A stretch of 63,521 bases of DNA, the filler included, from Licmophora abbreviata (lineage: Eukaryota): NCBI GenBank assembly GCA_900291995.1. It is 14 parts of 14 records of this genome, joined end to end, with 100 filler letters (N's around TTAATTAATTAA, not from the genome) between each part and the next. Parts side by side here need not be neighbours in the genome. Positions count along the whole stretch, not along the records: positions 17,925 to 24,897 come from OLMU01004266.1; positions 24,998 to 27,608 come from OLMU01004267.1; positions 27,709 to 29,918 come from OLMU01004269.1; positions 30,019 to 31,582 come from OLMU01004270.1; positions 31,683 to 39,516 come from OLMU01004271.1; 9 more parts are not named here. The stretch is one strand, 5' to 3'. Both the position numbers and the translations under genes were made by a program. Below are positions 22,767-34,175 of this stretch, in pieces (within the stretch, counting starts at the first letter, position 1; each line of letters begins with the position of its first letter). Below the pieces are notes generated by a model. It worked only from the letters and a program-made list of their open reading frames with translations, was not told the DNA's origin and searched no databases.

Positions 22767-23729
22767 ATGACCATGAAAAATGCTCTGAAGCTACCGGCCC
22801 AAACAAAAGGAAAGAAGCGCCCGCTCTCGGTTTCTCACTCGTCAGATGGACTGAAACACCCCCTATGCTCAGTGTGTCAACAAACTCCGGCGGTCATGGA
22901 GGTAGAAATGCCCAAGAGACCCTCCGAATCATTGCCTTCGAAGAAGCTTCTGTGTTTGCTGCACTATTACACGACACGAGCCGTTCGCATGGATAAAGTC
23001 TCGGTGAAAAACAAGGAAATACTGGAGACGCAGCTAGAAGACAGCAATCTTCAAGAGCTGTTTGCCGAGGCCTATACGGAACTGCAACAGGAACTGGCAC
23101 ACGAGGTGGCCGCATCGTTCCAGAAACAGCAATCGGACCCTCTCTCCATCCTCCACAGTCTGCATGGCACGCCCAAGAGAAAGAAGCCGCCTCTTGCCGC
23201 GAAACGAAAACCTAATACACAGCAGGACGGAGGATTTCTTCGTCATGTCCCGCTGCCTGAACGTCTGTTGAGAACACAGCAGGACCAGGCGAAATTGCAG
23301 GAGCAGCAAGTGGCACGAATGACAAGCCCTGCAGGCAGCAGCAGGAGGGCCCCCAGTGCAAATGGAGAGGAAATGGCGATTGCATCTTTCAATGACTCTA
23401 CGCCTCCACTAGCCAACCCCTATCAGCGACGAAAATCATCTCGAAAGTCAATTTGGAACTTGGCCATGTCATCTGAAGTCAAGAGTGTCCACGTTGACAC
23501 CTCTGCGGACACTGGAATCAACAACACATCACCGACTAGCAATACTGCCATCGACAATGATGTGCAGTGCTCGTGCGGCAGTTCCAATGTCGTCGTGTCG
23601 GGCAGCGTTACCAGTCGGAACAGTGAAATGACCAAGGGAGAAACGTGGGGATTCAAGGATCGCGGTGACGTTAACGTAGTTCGATATCAATGTCATTCGT
23701 GTGGCAAGACGTGGAACGAGGAAGAGTAG
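22767..23729 (+). CDS. Hypothetical nuclear protein with N-terminal C/H zinc finger and C-terminal TFIIS-type Zn ribbon
   Basis: CSVC...CLLH at the N-terminus, basic NLS-like stretches, and C-terminal CSCG...YQCHSCGKTW. Confidence 0.65.
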   Translation: MTMKNALKLPAQTKGKKRPLSVSHSSDGLKHPLCSVCQQTPAVMEVEMPKRPSESLPSKKLLCLLHYYTTRAVRMDKVSVKNKEILETQLEDSNLQELFAEAYTELQQELAHEVAASFQKQQSDPLSILHSLHGTPKRKKPPLAAKRKPNTQQDGGFLRHVPLPERLLRTQQDQAKLQEQQVARMTSPAGSSRRAPSANGEEMAIASFNDSTPPLANPYQRRKSSRKSIWNLAMSSEVKSVHVDTSADTGINNTSPTSNTAIDNDVQCSCGSSNVVVSGSVTSRNSEMTKGETWGFKDRGDVNVVRYQCHSCGKTWNEEE

Positions 23730-23850
23730 CGAATTGAAGAACAAGCAAAATAGTTCAGAGGGATGCGGCGTAGTTCTAGAGCTGGGAGGAAAAGCTTATG
23801 GATGAGCTACTCGTAGATTCAGCCGAACGCTAGCTGGACGGCTACCTTTC

Positions 23851-24897
23851 TTAACTTGTAGCTTTGATATCATCCATGTGGCCATTCAACCTGGACCGAG
23901 TGTGCAGTGCCCGATTGAGCCCTCCTGCCATTGTCACAGAGTCGCGACCTTCTTCATCGATAGTCCAAAACATGAAGCCGCGAGGAGCGAAATTCGCCTT
24001 GTCCAAATTCTCGTACGCCCCTTGCGCACTGGTTGGATCTATGGAGATTGTCTTCGTGTTGTCGGCACATCCGTTCGCAAGGCCAATCACGAGCTTGTCC
24101 AAGGGCATACCCACAAGTTGTGATTCCAGTTTCAGATCGGAATCTTGCTCAAAGTCTACCCAAAAGCTGCTCGATCGCAATGCCAAATCCGTGACATAGT
24201 TCTCAATATACGACTGGGACGGCACGCCCAGATTCAGCATCGCGTACGCAGCTCTCGAATTGCTCTCGTAGAGCTGCACCGATACGAAATCGATGGACTC
24301 GCCATACTTGGCTAGCAGGTACGCATAGACGTTGCGACCCATGTTGTGAAAATCGGGGTTCCGTGTGTCATACGGCCTTGTAAAGTCGACGCGTCGACTA
24401 AAGAGAGCCGTACTGAAATCGAGATAGGACTGGGGCGGAACCATGGATACAATGTAGCCGTCTGTGAGGAGAGAGGCATAAAGGGCTACGTGAGAACGCT
24501 TGAGATTCCATTCCATATGTCTGAATCTCCTTTGACATACCTTCTTTGGCCAAGCGACTGAATTCCCCCATTCGATCCAGGACCTCCACTGAAAATTGAT
24601 TCGTAGGGCTGGTGGAGTCGTCGCTGCCCTCAAAGTCCCAGTCGATTCCATGGAAGATGTCTCCACCAAACGCCAAGAAGCTCTCGTAGAACTCCTTGCT
24701 GGAGTATTTTGGGTCCAAGTGTTTCCCGCCCCACCCTCCAAAACTCACCAAATGAACCGTGTCGTCAAAACCTTCATCATCCAGTGCCTCGATCTGGCTC
24801 CGGATGCACTGCAGATCCAAGTGGGTGTGGATCTCCGGAGAGGCATTCGAAGACAGATTTCGTCTTCGAGACGTCGTCTTCGTTTCGGCAGTTACGG
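23851..24897 (-). CDS. Glycoside hydrolase family 18 (chitinase-like), 5' truncated; exons <24897-24541, 24461-23851
   Basis: LVSFGGW, intact catalytic FHGIDWDFEG (DxDxE), VQLYE and GFMFW. A GT-AG intron joins the two ORFs. Confidence 0.85.
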
Positions 24898-25363
24898 NNN
24901 NNNNNNNNNNNNNNNNNNNNNNNNNNNNNNNNNNNNNNNNNTTAATTAATTAANNNNNNNNNNNNNNNNNNNNNNNNNNNNNNNNNNNNNNNNNNNNGTA
25001 TCGTAATAGACTGAAATCGTATTGCTCATCCTCGTGACGTAATGGTCAAAATACTAATTTGAATCAAAAGCATGAAGGTGAGTTACTGAACTGATTATGA
25101 TATATATTGATGCCATTTTATTCATACAAAGATGAACCTATGCAAACCAATTTTTTTATTCGTCAATATTAACGAAAGTCCGAAAAATTTAATTCTTGAA
25201 TCAAATGAGTCCAAAAAAATTAGTTCAAGAATCAATCAAATGACATGCCTGCCGCCGGAAGGTGAGTGATGGGTGGCTACTACTAGCAGAGATTATCGAT
25301 TATATATTATATGGTATGTGGGCAGGAGGGCGGACCATTTCGAAACGTGACCACAGTTGCAGA

Positions 25364-25437
25364 ACGGAAAGGTAGTCTACACTGAACATTACAGCCTGGT
25401 ACGGAAAGGTAGTCTACACTCAACATTACAGCCTGGT
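25364..25437. repeat. 37-bp tandem duplication (1 mismatch)
   Basis: ACGGAAAGGTAGTCTACACT(G/C)AACATTACAGCCTGGT at 25364-25400 and 25401-25437. Confidence 0.9.
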
Positions 25438-25686
25438 GGTACCGATACCTCGGGCCCTGCGAAAGACCTTCTAGACGAGAAGCTAATCGTACTATGGCTC
25501 ATAATCTCCAATGGCGCGTGAGAGAATAAATGATAAATGTGGACAGAAATACCAACCCAAACGTAGCTATGTGCAGAGATCAGCATGACAAATATGGCTC
25601 CCCTCAAATATCGCGGACCGCGATATTCAGAATACGCCAACTTTGCACGAGTGCATTCACGAGCACGGATCATATTATTCAGCTGC

Positions 25687-26547
25687 CTAGTGGCTTTGTT
25701 TTTGTTGTCTGCGCATGTGAAATCCAGATGTGTGGTGTTCATTGCCTTCGAAGCCAGTCTTCTCTTTGCGTTGCCACTTCGGTTTTCTTCTGTTTGCCCG
25801 TCGCCGTTCGCTGTTGAGAGGGTGTCGTTTCTTTACACCACTTGGAAGTGAGCCTTCCTTCTCACGTCGCTCTGCCGCTTCCTGCTGCATTCGACGCTGT
25901 TCTTCCCGTCTAACTCTTTCTTCGGGTGGCAAGTCTGACCAATCCGCTTTTCTTTTGCGTTTCTTGCCTGGGGATTGGCTGGCAGATGCGTCGATCTGAT
26001 CTTCCACTTTCTTTGCCTCGGAGGCCTGATCCTGTTGAAGAAGGAGAGTTGCCTCTTCGAAAACCTCTGACAGGACAGAACTTCCTTCTCTATCTAGTTT
26101 TCGCGTGAGTGTTCGTCTTTGTTTCGAATTCAACTTCGCCAAGGTATTCCTGACAAGCTCTTCGTCCAGCCCTGACCCTTCAACCACCGCAGCCTCACTA
26201 TTCTGATTGTCCCGGCTTTCTTGGTCTGCCGTCGCGGCTGGCTCTGCCTCGCTGGTCTCTGGAAGGCCCGCCGAAGACACACCTTCCTGTGGCTCGCCTT
26301 CCGTCACCTTCGAATGTGGGCTAGAAGCTGCGGGTTCGTCGCCGTCTGAACGCTGTTGATACCTCTTAACCATACGACGCTGTTTCGCATTGAGATCCGT
26401 CGGATCAAGTTTTAGAAGCTCCTGGAGTGCTCGTTCTGCTTCTTTTTTCGCAGCTGCGGCTTCCGCGGCATCTTGCTTCTGTCGTATCTTTTCGGCCTCC
26501 TCCGGATCTACCACTATTGTTCGCGTTCGCTTGGCAAACAATTTCAT
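25687..26547 (-). CDS. Hypothetical charged protein, probably nuclear or nucleolar
   Basis: 286-aa ORF with repeated LN(A/S)KQRR / LNSERRR motifs and basic clusters. Confidence 0.7.
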   Translation of the reverse strand: MKLFAKRTRTIVVDPEEAEKIRQKQDAAEAAAAKKEAERALQELLKLDPTDLNAKQRRMVKRYQQRSDGDEPAASSPHSKVTEGEPQEGVSSAGLPETSEAEPAATADQESRDNQNSEAAVVEGSGLDEELVRNTLAKLNSKQRRTLTRKLDREGSSVLSEVFEEATLLLQQDQASEAKKVEDQIDASASQSPGKKRKRKADWSDLPPEERVRREEQRRMQQEAAERREKEGSLPSGVKKRHPLNSERRRANRRKPKWQRKEKTGFEGNEHHTSGFHMRRQQKQSH

Positions 26548-27068
26548 CGCTTCAGTGCTTTAAACAGAAGGTTCTATTTAAGCGGCAGGTTATACCGTCG
26601 AGACCATCACCTCTATTGTGGCCACCTGGTACATTCACGACGGATCCTCGCCGCAGTTCCTCAACCGATGTGCAAGAGAAGAATATTTCCAATTTGGTGG
26701 TCGTCGAAGCGGGAAGGTCGTAAGCCCATAACCGCTTCGGATCTGAGAACCCGGAGCAGTTGTGGGACTGAATCACGAATGAAACCAAAGCCAGCCGATG
26801 CGCGCTACAACGTTCTGAACATACAAGGCGGGATCGATCTACGCTCAACACAAATGTGACGCCCTTCCAGGACTTGGAACACGATTGCTGATCCTACTTT
26901 TTCATCACACATTCAATTCATCATCCTTCTTTTCAATCCAAGAAAAGCTACGTGTATGATTAAGGAAAGATGTCGGCAACGACCACCTGTCGTGTCCGCA
27001 GTCTTGGAACTCCAGCTCATCAACAAACAAACATTCAAAAAGATCGACTGCGACGGAGAACAATAGCC

Positions 27069-27608
27069 ATGCCAATATTCCGCCGTTCGCTTCTGCTTCT
27101 ACTTACGATTCAATTGCTGCGCTCTGTGAGTGCACAGGTGTGTGAGCCTCTTTCTGAGAATACATGGACCGGCTTGACTCAAGCCATAGACGTCTCGTTC
27201 GACTTTGCGATCCTGTGCCCTTTTCGCATTAGCGGAGATGGCTGTCCTGCTGACGGCGAGGGATATCAAGTCAAGTCGACAGACCTTTACATCATGTGCG
27301 AGACATTTTTCGGACCCGCCCAAGGCGACGGCATGGAATGCGTCATTGACTGCCCAGGCACTCATTTCACCGTTTTCTCGGGAGCGTCATTGACGTTGGA
27401 TGGCATCAAACTGAGTGGTTCGAAAGAGTCGGCCGTCCATGTAAAGCGCAAAGGAACTCTTACAACGTACAACTCAATATTTGAAAAGTAAGAACTGGCG
27501 GATTGTTGTAACCTTGGTCAAAATGCTTTGAAGCGGTCAGGCTTACGCGTATCGTCTCGCCCCTTCGTGTCCACGTGGCAGCAACTCAAACGGCTCAGGA
27601 AACGGCGG
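27069..27608 (+). CDS. Secreted beta-helix (Pmp-like repeat) protein, 3' truncated; intron 27488-27581
   Basis: Signal peptide, LCPF / CVIDC motifs, and spliced FENN...NGG start of a GGAI-type repeat. Confidence 0.65.
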
Positions 27609-28115
27609 NNNNNNNNNNNNNNNNNNNNNNNNNNNNNNNNNNNNNNNNNNNNTTAATTAATTAANNNNNNNNNNNNNNNNNNNNNNNNNNNNNNNNNNNN
27701 NNNNNNNNGCGTGAGGTGACAGCCTTGCTGGACGGGCATCATGGACGCACATCGCGCTGCTTGGATCTCGCTCGACACCTCCAGAGATCTGAATCCATGG
27801 TGATGATTGCAATGAGGCCTGAACACTGAACCCTCGGATCTTTTTCTTTTCGGATCGCGCTCTTCGATCCGACTGATTCGACTCATGATCACGAGCCTTC
27901 AGAATCACCGGAGCACAGGACGGACTGCGCCCATTTTTCTACAATTCCAGTACAAAAATCACGTACAAGTCCCGTGGCGCCGCTGCTTTCTAGCCTTGTT
28001 TTCATTGAACTCTCTCATGACACGCTGCAACAACAGTCGGTGTTTGCAGAGACCCTTTGACGCAATATCTCTCTAGATTGACGCTCCAGTTTTCTCTTAA
28101 ATACCCATTTGAACC

Positions 28116-29884
28116 ATGCCTGGCATTTCCATGATTGGAGATAGCCGCATGGCGGCAAAATCGCGTCCAACGTCATTGCCGGCCGAGTCAAGGAGTCTAG
28201 CTCGCACGTTGCGTCTCCTGCAGTCTCCCAAGTTGGCTTCCGAGGCTGTCTTAGAAAGCCTCGATCGCATTCCGAAATTTCCACAGACGGACATTGTGAG
28301 GGCCAACCTGGTAGAAACGGTCGATTCGATTCTCGACTTTCAAGACGATATTCCTGCCAAAATGGCCGAACACCGCCTGTCTCTCACGATGGACTTGGCC
28401 GTTCAGAATGCGTTTGCCAATGCCCCCTTGGGAGGCAGCGACGATGAAACCAGTAGCATACAGTCCCTTCCTCCCTCTCCTCCTTCTTTGGGCCCATCCC
28501 AGACCGAAATCAAGCAAGCGAAAACGCTTCGCTCGCGATCCGCCGCCTTGGTCAGCGACAGCAGCACTGTCTCGAGCACTGCCTACCAAGAGGAGAACAA
28601 CGAGGCGACAACACTAGACTCGGTGGAGCGAGCGGCTACTATGCGGAAATTTTGGGCGCTCATGCTCGAATCGGTTCACCTGCAGGTCACCTCCCAGACA
28701 ACAACAGTTTGGGGGCGAAAGAAGAAGTACGAAATCTACCGACTTTCTGGTATTGCAACATTTCAGCGGGGCAGCAGTTTGGATGCGCTGCGCTCAGAAG
28801 TGGAACACGAGTTTCTATCGATCTTTTCTGGTGGCGACCAGGAAGATAAGGGGGCATGCCGTGCATATGCCTTGATGCGGGATGGCATTGTCTATGTTCA
28901 ATTCAACATTGGCAAGTGGTACGATTTGCAGGATCCCAACAATCGGGGTCCATCGGGCGAAAAGAGAAAGAAGAAGGACAATGAGTTTGTCGCCATCCTA
29001 ACACCCGGCGATGAGACGATTGCCCTGACGGCCAGTCGTGCGCCGTCCAATTCAAGTTATCTCGATTACGTCCTGTCGGCTTTGGATGCTGTCTTTGTGA
29101 AGAGCGGGGATCGAAGTCTAGGTGAGTCGCGGTTGATGCCCACCAACTGTCTTCCGTCCAGCATAACGCATTCTCACCTTTTGCAACTCTTCCTCTGTTT
29201 GTAGATGCCAAGCCTCAACAAGTAGGAGATTGGGTGGGCGACAAGCCTCATGATCTGCTGAAAGCTGCGCGTGCTACTCAGACGGGCAGGGCTGTGGGTC
29301 GCTTTGCCCATTTTGCCTCTGAGGACGTTTCCGATCCTCTTCTCGAAATGAACAAGGTCTCCACTAGAAGTATACTGGATCGTACCGCCGAGCGACAGCG
29401 CCTCGAGCGAGCTGCGAAACACGGCCGTGCCTTGGCGATGTCAGCGGCCGTGGTGGAGCGTCACATGGAGGGTGCTGTCTTGACCGCGGCCAACTCGAAC
29501 GGCCTACTCGTTGACACGTCTGCCGCTCTCCATAGGAATCGCAAACGTTCCCGCGATCAAGAATTAGGCAAGGAAGGCGACTGTCCTCGTGTGCAGAGAG
29601 TCTGCTGGAAGTGGACTGGGGAGACCACAGCGGCGTCGGCATGCTGGCTCTCCGATGACGAACTCCAAGAGAAGTCAGACGACTTGCCCAAGACCAAGTT
29701 CAAGTGCGGTCTCGTACTGGAAGGTACCAACGTCATGGAAGGGCTACGGCAGATGATGGCAAAGGGATATGCCAATGCACCTCTTCCCGACTTTGTGCGG
29801 AATGCGCCTACACTGGGTTCGTCGTCCATTACCGTGTCGGACGGGGCCTTTGCTGCCACCGAAGATTCCTTTGCCGCCGTTTGA
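28116..29884 (+). CDS. CENPN: Centromere protein N (CENP-N/Chl4/Mis15)-like inner kinetochore protein; exons 28116-29121, 29205-29884
   Basis: Colinear motif matches by eye to CENP-N: KKYEIYRLS, IVYVQFNIG, GRFAHFASEDVSDPL, PRVQRVCWK and CGLVLEGTNVMEGLRQMMAKGYANAPLP. In-frame GT-AG intron. Confidence 0.72.
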
Positions 29885-30018
29885 GTGAAGGAATAGGATG
29901 TCTGTTGTGGGGATGATANNNNNNNNNNNNNNNNNNNNNNNNNNNNNNNNNNNNNNNNNNNNTTAATTAATTAANNNNNNNNNNNNNNNNNNNNNNNNNN
30001 NNNNNNNNNNNNNNNNNN

Positions 30019-30385
30019 AGGTGGCACGGCCATCCCGACGTCGAGCTCAGCCCCCACACTGCCAGGGGGAGACGGAACCGCAACCCCTACGTCGAGCTCA
30101 GCACCCACGTTGTCAGGTGGAGATGGCAGCGCGCCCCCCATAGCGATCCCCGCGCCAACGGAGCCACCATCGAGTGCTCCCACTTTTGCACCTACAAGTC
30201 ATCGCGTTGACGATTGCGTCGATTCAAGCAATGGGACCTTTCCGGTCGACATTACCGAAGGCGACCGTGACTGCGCCTGGCTGGTTAACAACTTGGAACG
30301 CTTCTCGTACCTCTGTCTCTTTGTCGATGTCGCTTCCGTGTGTCCCATGACGTGCGACGTGTGTGAGCTATTTGCGCGAATGTGA
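30019..30385 (+). CDS. C-terminal fragment of an extracellular protein: PTSSSAPT linker repeats plus a Cys-rich module
   Basis: Repeated GxA(I/T)PTSSSAPTLxG units followed by CVDS...DCAWL...C...CPMTCDVC. Confidence 0.7.
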
Positions 30386-30965
30386 AAGAGCCAATTTTTC
30401 ACTTTTATATCAAACAATAGACTGTACCCGTCCCGTAGCAGGAGAGAATAGAGTATGATTTTCTAGCAACAACTGTGTTTCTGCCAGCGGTCAGTCTTGG
30501 AACAATCGTTCGGTCTCATATAGTTTCGTACAGAGTGTTCCTTTCGTGCTTATCATCGTCATAGTGTATAGAATTGATCAACAAACATGCCATTCCGAGT
30601 GAATCCTGAAACGACGAGAAATGGCGTCGATAACCGCACTGCCATGGCTCGAGTGAGGTTCTCAATATCCAAGAGAATTGAAACCCACCAAAATTGATTT
30701 GAAATGGAGTTGGTCACAATCGGATCGACTGGCGACGGGCAGACAGAAGCAAAAGCTCGGAGAGGGAGCCCATCGAGGTTTTTCGCTTAGAAGAGTCATT
30801 TTCATTTATGAAACAAGTGACCTCTCTGCTCAAAAGCGCCTTGTTGGGCCTAATCGAAACTTGTGTCACTTTGTTGATTGACGAGCTTGATCGTGTAGAA
30901 GTCTCATCAGCCGGCACCTCGCAACGGTGTCCCCAAACCCGACGTTTACTCAATCCATCAAGAAG

Positions 30966-32322
30966 ATGAGGTTCCAGATCCAAGCGTTTCTCACCCTTTC
31001 CGCTCTCGTGCCGCTCGTGTCGAGCGACTCGCTCCCGCAATGCGAGATAATGACTCCGGAAACTATCCCGCATTGTGAGTCATGGCAGATGAGGTTGAAT
31101 TTGTTGCTGATTCTTTTCCTAACGCAGCTAATCTTGCCCTCTTTTTGTGACTCCTTAGACCACACTGATGGGCATTGTGATAGGGATGCTCACAATGGAG
31201 ATGCGAAACGCACTCTACGCGCATCTCGTCATCGTGACCTTATCGATCAAGGCGGAGTCGCCCACATTCCCAATCAGCACACGGTCGTGTGTCCAATAGA
31301 ACCGCAGTTGCTGGAATCGTACCATGGACACGACACCAAGTGGATTGTAGAAAACAAGTCGAGCGGACCGGTCGTCCTTGTGCATGTTAGAGATGGTGTG
31401 GAGTATTCCGCCATGACGACGACGATTACACCAGCGCAAGCCGACCCCGACGCCATCCTCTCCCCCGGTCACTGGACGGCCATCAATACGTTTGAGGGTC
31501 ATGCATTTTATGCAAGAGAGGTTCGGGCAGATGGATCCACCGGAAATATTCTGCTACAGCACCGTCCCGGCTTGATTGGATTNNNNNNNNNNNNNNNNNN
31601 NNNNNNNNNNNNNNNNNNNNNNNNNNTTAATTAATTAANNNNNNNNNNNNNNNNNNNNNNNNNNNNNNNNNNNNNNNNNNNNGATTGGATTCACCAATCG
31701 GTATGGAAAAGTGCTCAACTGTGAAGCGGCGAATCTCGTCGAAGATCCAGAACCTGTCGTGGAGACTACTATCGAGCCGCCCCCCGAGAAAAAGCACATC
31801 CAGCCACCGAGAAAGGTCATTGAGAGGGCTCCTGACTTTCAACGGTCGCCCAACCATCGAGCGGAGAGGTGCAACATTCAGTACCAAGGTTTCCGTAACA
31901 CGCTCCCGAATTGCCCGTTAAATGTCTACTACGCCGGCATGGAGAAAGTCACCGATGGTCCCATGACGTGCAATGAACGATTCAAGTTTCACTTGGGTCT
32001 ACAGGACACGGGCTTAAGAGATTATATGTTCGACTGGGAATCTCGGACCAAGTTCGAAGGCACGTTTGTTGGACACACATTTGTCGCTCGACTGGCCAAC
32101 GATCCAAATGTCCTAGTGGACCACTTTACACTACAGCCAACCGAAATTCATGACTGCCCTGGACTGAAGCAGAAGCCAATTGCGCTCCACACGGAGACTG
32201 TCATTAAACCAGTGGGCGTTATGGACGGTATGCTGGTAAGCAACAACAATGCGACAGACTTGTCGGAGACGACTAACGATACTGGCTATATTTGGTCCAG
32301 TGTCGGATCGTCGGCAAAGTAA
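30966..32322 (+). CDS. Secreted protein with two VHL-beta-like domains; intron 31075-31158, reads through the 31583 gap
   Basis: Signal peptide and two modules ending TFEGHAFYAR and TFVGHTFVAR. The gap flanks overlap by GATTGGATT and merge in frame (PGLIGFTNRYGK). Confidence 0.7.
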
Positions 32323-32435
32323 AGCACTTTGCCTCACAGCTGTCCTTTTGTAGTTGAGAGCGCTTGTTAACAAAAATTAGAGGAATAATTTTACATGAGA
32401 GTATCTTGACACGCATTCGGTGGAAAGAAACCAGA

Positions 32436-33888
32436 CTAGACTTTGATAGCAAACTCCGTCGTCAATGTTCGGCCATGGAAAACCCTTTCCATCATATGCC
32501 AGCTTCTATGCCGCGTCATGGCTACTCTTCGTCCTTCGCTTGAAATAGAGTCTCTCTTCTTCTTACTGACATGCCACAAGTAATGCTTGATCTTGTCAAC
32601 CAGATCCTTCACACCATCGTAAATCACAACATTCTTGCCATCCTCCAGTCCTTCTGGTATCATCAACATTCGATCCATGAATACCAAGGCCCCGCTACAT
32701 AGCGCCTCCATTAACCGATAATGGTCTTCCCAGTGATCCTTTTGAGCCACAACGACGATTTTGTATTGTAATAGTGCTCGTGCATATTCGTACTGGACCT
32801 GCAACCGACCTTCATTGGCCGCTGTTCCCGTTAATCCAGCGACGGCCGTGATGTTCTGGTACGTTTGACTCAACGTCAGCAAGGATTCACTAACGGCGTC
32901 ACGCAACTGCGAATTGTTATCTCCTAGTACGCCCTTGCGGCTTACTGCGACGGTGCTATTGTGCTTCGACGGCGCTGGCCAGAAGTGCACCACATCCTTG
33001 GGCCGAGGCAAGGACGACCACACGTCCGATTCTGATTCTGATGCCCTCGCTGGGTACGTCTCCCGCAAGATGTTGTCGATTGCATGCACGAGATCGCTTC
33101 GAACCCCATAATTGACATGTCGCACTGGCGTACTAGACCAGTACGAGTAGTTTCTCGTCCACGCTGGATTGATTTGTCCAAGTTCGATCGATTGACTGGC
33201 AGTGTTCCAATGTCGACCACTCACAAAAGATCTCTTCAGATAATGAACGTTATGTCGTCCCAGCATGTCGTAGAGAGAATCACAATGTTGATATTTCCAC
33301 GGAAGATCTGGATCATCGCTCCAGTCCATGATATAGATTGGCCAAGTAGTACTCCTCCCTTGCGAACTACTGGCTTGCGCGTCTTGCACCGCTCGTTCCA
33401 GCGCGCCGCACCACTTCGATGGTCGTTTGCCCTGATTGGTGTCGACAATCCAAATGAGATCTGGATGCGTATACGACGGGTCGTAGATGCGTCGCAGATA
33501 TTGGGATCGATCTATACCTTCCAACGTAAAGTGTTTGAACTCTTGCCACCAGGTACTGTATCCAAGACTATTGTCGTCAAAGTTGGATTGATTAACATTA
33601 GGCCAAACGAAGAACAGGTACAACAGCAGGTGCGATGACTTAGTCATTTGGAAACTTTGTTGCTGTCGTCGTCGTTTCTCTTCTCCGAGCCGTCGTCAGA
33701 GGCATCCAAGATGAGTGCGCCAACGAGCTATCTCCTATTTCACCGACGATTACTATTCTGTGAACAGTCACGACCGATCGGAGCGAGACAGCCCCGATGA
33801 ATACCAACGCCAACACCACGCAGAGTGTTCGCACCGTGAACGACTTCCGTGTTATCTTCCGTCCCATTTCGATACTTTTACCAGTCAT
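32436..33888 (-). CDS. Glycosyltransferase (Glyco_trans_1_2-like C-terminus), paralog A; 5' TM region out of frame with the catalytic ORF
   Basis: YKIVVVAQKD.WE.HYRLMEAL.SGALV motif. The TM-containing ORF 33640-33888 and the main ORF 32436-33647 are in different frames. Confidence 0.75.
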
Positions 33889-34175
33889 CGCCGTGGGCGT
33901 TCTCTCTCCTCATGCTGGTGGTGGTTTCGTCCTTGTCATCCTACTGGCGGTCATTTTATTTTGTGAGAGGATGTGCGGGATGAAAACATCTGAAGGAAAA
34001 GTCTTTGGGCCTTTTTCATAAGTAAAATAGACGCATGGCACTAGAAAGCTCGCAGCAAGTCTGCAGGCCGATTTTAGATTTATCCGAGAGCAAGAACGGG
34101 TTCACTCACGAGTCGACTTGACGATGACCATGACGGCAAGAGACTCTCTCTCGACTGCCACAGACAGCTAGTATC

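Noticed and set aside
25364..25437. 37-bp repeat as a CRISPR array
   Set aside because: Only two abutting copies, no spacers, no cas genes, and a eukaryotic context.
27709..27886. Possible 5' end of a minus-strand gene (MSRISRIEERDPK...)
   Set aside because: It is short, truncated by a gap and has no motif, so it cannot be supported.
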